Positions 27,001 through 36,000 of a stretch of DNA of 64,000 nucleotides are shown in pieces. Made by a program: the position numbers and the translations under genes. The stretch's first letter is position 1, and the number at the start of each line of letters is the position of its first letter. The stretch spans positions 1,005,910-1,069,909 of the forward strand of contig JAHPZH010000002.1 of NCBI GenBank assembly GCA_019058315.1. The letters are read 5' to 3'. The notes below the pieces were generated by a model that was not told the DNA's origin, ran no database searches, and worked only from the letters and a program-made list of their open reading frames with translations. Origin of the DNA: Candidatus Helarchaeota archaeon. Its GTDB lineage: Archaea; Asgardarchaeota; Lokiarchaeia; Helarchaeales; RDOG01.

Positions 27001-30000
27001 ATTCAATTTTTAATTTATCAATTAAAATTTCAAGTGTTAAACCATTTGTTAATTTTGTAAATAGGATAATTTTAACACGAATTATTCCATTCTTTATAAA
27101 TGCTAGATTTATCTCTTCTGATAAGTCATTTGGGACAGTAGTGATATCCTTTGGAATAATTGTTGTCAAGTTAGTCCAAGAATTGAATTTCCAATTGTAC
27201 ACCATTATATAAAATGAAGTTTGATCTTCCGCATCACGGTTTGTTCCAATTTTATATTCTAGAGAAGTATCAATTATATCTTTATCTAATTTTTCTAAAT
27301 TAAATTCAAAACCAACTTGGGACATGTAAGCAGTTTCATCTCTTAATTTCAAATAATCCGTATCTAATTTATTAGAAATTTTATAATATTCGCTATCTGA
27401 ATTGTCAAGATCATTAAGATCATTATTAGGATCATCTTGACCAAATAAGATTAAAGATGATTCAGGAATTTTGTCTATATACAATTGATCCCAACCAACT
27501 CTATTAATATTAAATATTGAATTATAATTTTCTGTTAAACTCAATATTTCTTCTACTATTTTACTTGGTCCTACAGGGGTTGGGATATACGATTCTAATT
27601 GATACTGTTTAAGATAGTTTTGGTAAGATTGATAAAATATTTCACTGTATGGAACAACTTTATTTTTATAAAATACAAATTCAAGTGGTCTTGTATAAAC
27701 ACTCACGTATTGATTACCTAATATATTAACCCAAGTCTTAAAAGTTGTATGTTTCTGTCGATCATCATTAATATTTAAAAACGTGTATGGTAGAATACCA
27801 TTTAAATTTATAAAAATACCTGAATGAGATGTGAAAATCTCTTGTAGTTCCAAATAATTGACTATGCGAGTATTTAAATAACCTTCTAAATATAAATTTT
27901 CTAATAACATGTAGGCAGTCGTTAGAGCTACATCTAGTGAAGTTCCCATAAATGGTAAATCTGGATCCGCAAATATGTAAATTGGAACTAATTTATTATC
28001 AGAGGGATCGTATATAATCGAAGAATAAGTTTTTGCTGCGGGAAATTCTTTATACTTTTCTATTATGACATTATTTTGTGTTAGATTCAACTCATTTGTA
28101 ATTACTCCTATTATATAAATTTCTTTAAATTCTGTCTCAACTTTTTTCTGAGGGTTCATAGAAATGAAATGATCTACATGGATTTTTGCTTGACCCAAGA
28201 TGAATTGTTCAACATTATTTTCATTTAATCCAGCCCATATTATTAAGTCGCTCGTTCTGTATACTGCTCTAATTGAACTACCTAAACTTAGAAGGTTTGG
28301 CTCAATAAAGATGACTTTTTGTTCAAATAGATCGATATCGTAATGAACATTTAATTCTAATATGGTCGACACTCCGTCTTTTTCCATAATAATAGAATCC
28401 CCTTCAGTAGTATCCCATTCATAAGGTATCTGGGCTAGTTGTAGATCAGTCTCTAAATTATAATTGTAAGTTAGTATTTCATTTTGTGTTAATAATTGCC
28501 CCTCTACTATTTGTTTTCCTTCTTCATTATCAAAAAAGTAGGAGATAAATTCATCTACATTATTTTCAAAATTACCATCTGTATCTTTGGCAATTTTTAT
28601 ACTATCTGGTATATTATTCTGATTATAATCTGAAATAATGCATCCTTTTGTTACAGTAGCAAATGCAATCGTACCTGATAAATCCTCCACATTTTCCTCT
28701 AATAACGACAAATAAAGTATATCCACATCTTTCACGAACACTGTAGAGTCTTCATAGTGGATTTCAACATATTGCTGATTAACGCCAGCTTCATTATCAT
28801 TAATTGCTGGGATCATTATAAACGAGTCTCTGGGGACTCTGTCAAATATAATTTCTATTGTATCTCCTTTTTCAACAAAAATATCAAATTTTGCCAAACC
28901 TTGTTCATCTCTTGATATATAACCATTATAATGGTCAGTGTTATTATATATCATACTTGAAAAGTCGAATTCGCCGTATCCTATCTCGTCAGTTCTTAAA
29001 TTTCTAATAGAAAATCCCATTTTCGCTGTCGAGGAATAATATGTCCCATTTTGAACTAAGAAAACTCCTCTTATTCCAGCATAATCTCCACTCTCGTCTA
29101 CCTGGGTTCTAACAACCACGTTATGTCTAGATAGGTCATACCAAGTCGATACATAACCATATGCTTCGCTTAAGGGGTGAATGGGATTACTATCACTATC
29201 TTTATATGCACCAAATTCTAAGCCCCAGTTCTTTATTTCATCGAAAGGCCAAGTTTCCATGATTTCGAACTCAGGTATCAATGATATTAGTCCTGAAATC
29301 CCTAAAGTCCTCAGTGCAGTATTTCTGAGAGAAGTTTCAAGAGAGGAATCCAATTCTATTTCATCCATTACAAAATCATTAAAGATAGCATCAGATATCC
29401 ATCGATTTTCATATATTGTGGAAGCATAATCAAGATAATTTAGATATTCTACTTCTATAGGTATTTCTGGTAAAATTGGTTCTTCAATAGTTCCCAAATC
29501 AATCAAATCCATTAAACCTGAGACGAATTGAACAAATACTTCAAAAATATCTCTATCATAATCAGTAAAAATTGGATTTCCTGGATCTTGCAAGCCAAAT
29601 TTTAAAAGATAGTTACTCAGGTCAGAAGATCCTAATAATAGTAATTGTAAGATTGATATCCCTAGATTATAATCTAGACCATTTCGAACCTCTTGTAATA
29701 ATCTGTAGTTCATTTGCCTCAATATTTCAGCAAAAACTTTTAGAAATTGTTTTTTAGTTAAATTTGGATCTTTCAAAATATCTTCTACTGGCTTAAGAAC
29801 TTCTAAAATTAATGGATCTTGGGTAGATTTTGTGGTGGGGACAGAGGATGGAACTTCTCTGCCTTGACTCATCATCATTATAGCTCCTTTCATAAATTCA
29901 AGAGCTTCTGGAGTTGGATTGTTAAATATTTCTAAAATGTAATCATTATAGTGTATTACATACTTTTCCATACAATTTGCAATCTCTTCACATTGGTTAG

Positions 30001-33000
30001 GATTTAAGAAACTCTGTGAATCTTCAGGCGGAAATAATTCTCTTGGAGTTTCTTCAAATAATCGATGTAAGTTATTTTGATGAATAGATTCCCACTCATC
30101 TTCCCAATACTCCCTTTCTAGGCTGCTTTGGAACATAACGATTCTCTTTTCACGAAATGCGGCTAATACTTGACCCAATTTCAATTTTCTTTCATTCGAA
30201 GTGATTTTTCTTTCAATTTCCTCATTTATTTCATTACCATCTTTATCATAACCTATAGTAACTTCCACTATTTCTGATTTATGATTGGGGTCTGTTTTAT
30301 CTAAATACAAAGGTACGTAACGACGTCCATTCGGATGGGGCATATATCCTTCAGCACTTCTTTTTTCTCCACCAATAGATGATATATATTTTTCATTAAC
30401 TCTAATAATATCATCTTCCAAGACAATATAGGTTCGTTTGAGAAGATCCATTAATTCTTGTTGTGGTATTCCAATTTTAGCAAATATCTCCAGTAAAAAT
30501 CTTTGCCCTTCATCACTATATATATCAAAATTAGTCCAATCTTTCTTCGTCTTCTGTACAGTTATTTCATTTTTTATATTTAGTGGAGCAGTTTCTGTTA
30601 ACCATAAGGTTACAAGATAAGAGGGTATGATTAATTTATCATTGATTAAAATTGGTTTAGTTCCAGAGAATAAACTGTCTTTTTGAATAGAATGTTCATT
30701 TAATTCGACATCCTCCTCTGTTACACCTAAAATATTACCTTCAAGCATCTTTTTTTTAGGATATTGTGTAGATTTTGCTGAGAAATGTATTGAAATTACT
30801 TCTATTATTTGTTTTTCTACATTTAATGCTGGAACTAAAGCTACCGCATCAGCTAAAAATGTATTTTGATCTTGAAGATCAGGACCAGGAAAAGCTTGAA
30901 CATATTCAACTAAATTAGGGTAGAGGATATGACCTTGATCCTCAAATATCTTGCTCAATTCAGGTAATAAATGCGAAACTACTGCTAATTGAATTGCCTC
31001 TGTAAAATATTGGTATGAAGTATACATTTCAGAGTGAATAGGTTTTTGAAAATGACTGGGAGAAATTCTAAATGTCAATGCAGATAATAAATATAGAATA
31101 TAATCAAAAGAATATTGATATTCTTCTCCTATTTTTTCTCGATATTCATCAGGCAATTTATGTCTCTCCTTTTTTGGGAGAATTCTAGCCTCTATAATTT
31201 CTCCAGTTTGCACGTTTATTTTATTAAATGCAATACAAACAGGGTGCCTATCTACGGAAACTAATTTGTTTTGAATTGGATCCCAAACTCTTTTTGTCAT
31301 TAAGAAATTATATAATGAAGGAAAAGTATTGGCTAAAATTTCATAATCGTTTTTTTCATATAAAGAAACCATTTTTCGTATTTCTTCTTCAGTGAGCCCA
31401 CCAGGTCTAATCATGTATTTTAGGAGTATATTATGACTTGCTTTTCGAGTAGCACCCATTAAGCTGGAAAGTGATATTCTTCCAAGTGTAGGGGTATCTG
31501 GACTCGCTCTTTCTTCCATTAAATGTAAAAACTCAGCTAAATATAATACCTTAATATTATATTGTCCATCAATCGAATATTCTTTTTTATCCTGTAAACC
31601 TTCAATTATCCCAAATAATTTATTTTCAAATTTGAAATTATTTTTTAACTCATCATAAACCCATTCACAGTGTAATTTAGAATAATCATATTCTGCATCA
31701 TCTAATTGTTGAATTAATAATTTATTACCTCTCTTTTCAATAATAGTAGAGAGTGTAGATATAAATTCGACATATCGGTTATAAGCGATCCTTACTTGTT
31801 CTTGCTGTTGCTCAGTTAAAATTATTGTTTTTTCTGGTGAAATGATATCGGGGATATGAGGGATTGCAGGTAAATTTTCAATTTTCGACTTAAGATCATT
31901 TATGTCCTTATCAAATTCAATAAAATTATATTTTTTATATTCCTCCAATAAACTTGGATCTTTATCCAACTCTGCTAGTGCATATTGTTTAGCATCTTCT
32001 AAATTTGCATTGATATTTATATTAAATATTCCATATTTTAGACCGATACTACTTGAAGGATTTTGAATAAAATTTTCTAAATTTTTTTGTACAATATGGT
32101 TGAATTCTTCCATATCATTTTTATTTTCTATATTATATTTATCAGAACTTATTCGTGTATCTTTAAAAGAGAGTTCCTTGGTAACTGGATCAAATCTGAT
32201 TTGAGAAAAACAATGATTTATATCTTTTTGAAATATACCTTGCCTTCTTAAATTGAATTGAATTATCTCTTCTCCATCCTCAGTTTGTGCCACCCATATT
32301 AAACGTTGATTTTCAATATTTACATAAAATAAATATCCTGTTACTGCTTTCTCCCCATTAATGTTCCTACCTACAGCATAACTTTTAGAATATTCACGAT
32401 TTATTCTTGATGAGATTTGTGATAATTCTTGTGCTAATTCATCTACAGGAACTTTACCATAAGGATGCTCTAAATGATCTTTTAATGGTTTAAATGGAAC
32501 AACACTATAAGAGTGAATACCCATTGCTTGGTCATAAAATTCTGAAGTTGTGGTAATCATATATCTATCTAAAAAAAGTCTATGTTCTGCTAACCGTTGC
32601 TCTTGAGCATATATTCTGTTAAATGGACCAAATGGTGTCCCCGATTCTTTGAGCGGGATTAATGGTCCCGCTCCCGGTGCATAACCAGTAGATCCCCACC
32701 GCATTAGATTAATAGCGTTATATAAATCAATAGTTTCAGCAGGTACATTAAATATGGCATCATTTAAATTAGCATTAGTTGTACCAATAGCCTCTGTATA
32801 TGAGTCTAAGAAGTCGAAAAATTCCTGGTTAGAATGATCAAATGAAAGTACTTTAAAAAATTCTTCAAAGGAAATTTCTGATAATTCTAACATATGTCGG
32901 AATTCTTCAACTTCTACTAATTCCTCTTCAATTTCTTCTAAGGATCCTTTTGGAATGTAAATAATTTCCACCTTTTTTATATTTTGCCATTGATTATACT

Positions 33001-36000
33001 CACCAATCGCTAGATAGTCCATTTGTTCTCGTCTTACTGCATAAACTTGTTCAATGTCCTCCTCTAAATGACCCGATTTCCATATTCTCAATAAAAAATC
33101 TTCATCATCCCAATTGGGATATGTAGAAGTAAATCCTTTTTCATACCAACTAGGTTTCGTATCAGCACAGGCTTGGACATACATTTTAAGACCTTGATCC
33201 TTTTGAGACAACCATATAAAGTTATTTAATGCGTATTCTCTCATTTCTTTTTTATCTACAGGTAGTAAAAATGTAGCCATTTGTTCAGTTTCACGCATTA
33301 CTTGTTTCGCCCCAGGGAGTTTCCTCCTTAATACAATTACTTTTTGTTTCTCAGGATCCCAAGGCATTAAATGAAAGCAAGCACCTTGTAAACCTGACTC
33401 AATTGCGTATTCTGGATCACCACTTTCTTTTAAAGTTTTATAAAAGCCAGCTGTTGAGTCAAATATTATTTCCCCCAATAAATTATCCACTACTTCTTGA
33501 TAATTTGGACTAGAGGGTGGTAAACCAGCCTCTATTCGAGCTCTCTCCTCTGCATTTTGTCTTATGATTTCTTCTATCATTTTTTGTTTCAATTTTGAAG
33601 CCATCCACTTATGGAAATGGTGACTTCTTTTCATCTCATATTCAGGTGGAAGAGCAGGACGGGTATTGAATTTTTCTACTGCTGCATTATATTCTTCTTT
33701 ACTTAAAAACTCCCATGTATCCCATATATATAACAGCAACCAAATAGGAATTTCAACTTCTCCTTTCTCAGGTTTATAGAATCCGTAATAATAATCATCA
33801 GCAAATTCTTTCATTACAAGTTGAATTTTATCTTCTAATTCAATCTTAATGAAATCAGTAAAATATTCTATAGATAAATCCTCTAAATTTACTCCCACAT
33901 CGTCAAAATAATTTGAAACTATATTGGGAACGGTTAAAAATTCTGGATACATTGCTAAAACAAAATCTTGTACTGATAAATGTCTTATTTGCGCAATTTC
34001 TTGAGCAAAACCACTCCCTGCTTGTATTGTATTATCAATAAAAACTGGAGTTATTTGAGCAATATCTTGTGCAACGGCCCTACCAGCTACTGCACACATT
34101 TCATCAAGTTGTGTATGTGTTATTCCTGATGGAGGTCTAATGGCAGCTCTTGGGACATCATCTAAAAAGTCTGTCGGTTGTCTCGGAATAGATCTTGCTG
34201 GGCCTGTCATTCCTGAAGATGCTACTGGTACTGGTGGAGAAATAAAGGATCCCTCTAAATTTTCATTTAAATCAACAGATATTTGTGATTTAGTCGCCAT
34301 TTCAAAGTCGTTCGAAAATGTAGTTTCTGTAATACCCACACTAGCTTGTAATTTTCCATAATTATTCATGTTAATTGGTGAATTTGTTCGTTCATGGTCT
34401 CGGGTTGCAAAGGAATTAAATTCATTAAATAACTGAATTGGCGCTGTAATATCTGGATTTGATGTCATATCGGGAATGTTGGATTGAGCTGCTATAATTA
34501 AATCCCCTGAAATCATTAAAACACAAACAAAAATAGCGAATAATACCATTTTATTCTTCTTTTTTAAGAAAGTATATAATATAAGTAATGAAATAATTAA
34601 AAATAGACTAATTAACGCTAATAGCGTATAATCAATAGCAAATATATCCTCTAAATATGGTGATATCGATTCTATAGGAAAATCAGGTCTTCTAGACGGA
34701 AATCCCAGTCCATCTTTTATAGGTATTTCTTCTTCAGTAAAATTACCTATAACTATTGTCCCATTTGGAAGTGTCATAAAATTAGGTTCGTAGTTATAAT
34801 GATTACTATTGATATAATTTTCAATATTTCTAGAAATAGCTTGTTGATAAAAAGCTAATTTAAGATAATCTAAATCTGGTCTCAGAGAGGGTAATCCATA
34901 ATTCTGTTGGGCACTCAAGGTTTCAATTGTTTCTTCAAAAGGAGTTTCTCCAAGCCATTTAGTCAAATTCTGGTATTTTTGGTATTGATATAACCCATCT
35001 GCCTCCCCCAAAATATTTAATGCATCTATTGATAAATATGCATTTTGAATAGATGAAAATGTCCCATCATCTTTTAATTCACTCTCCTCTATTATTTGTT
35101 CTCTTAGAACATCTTTTTCTAATAACATTTTATATATCGTTTCTACCTGTTTCGGTTCAATTATTAATTCTTTTAAAAGGTTTGTAGCGAACCATAATCT
35201 TTCTAAGTTTTCTGCATAAGGTTGGATAATAGAAAGGGAATCATTATCTAAAAAAAACTGTTCATCCCATACCAATTTGATGTCGGAACTTTCTAAAAAT
35301 GATACAAATTGTTGTGTTTTTTGATTTTTACTATAGATATTTTCTAAAGACAGATAATGTAGACCTATTTCTTCTAAACCTCTAATCGGATCAAGAGCTT
35401 TTACCGCGATTATTGCCCAATACTGACTTTCCAAATCTTCTTGCATGATTCGATTCCAAATTATTCGACCTCCAACCATTTCTTTTATCTTTTCATATGC
35501 CATAGGTCTAATGGAGACTATTTCATCTTTTGCATCTATATAATTCAAGATACAAATTGCTTTAGCAGTGATTTCTATATTTGGAGTATCACCAAAAGTT
35601 TCAGAAAATCCTCCCTCAAGTCTCCACCTCTCCATAAGCCAAGAAACAAGTTTATTTCTATTAATATTTTCTAAAAATTTATCCTTTTTACCAAATAAAT
35701 CTAAAAATTGGAAAACTTGATAAGTTGTATCAATAGAAGAATATTCTTCATCTAATGCAAATCCCCCATCCTCAGATTGAAGGCTAGAAAAATATTCAAT
35801 TGTTGGGTCTTCTTTTTTAAATATCGGTGATTCAGATAAGAAATATAACATTAACGCATTGGGACTATTCTGTAAGTTTAAAATATTGATTCCTAATCCC
35901 AAAACCATTATGATTAAAATGGCAATTCCTACAGTAGGTGCTGCTCTTTTTACATATTTTGGCAATTTAATAGGTCTATTCTTTGGTTTTTTAGTCCAGA

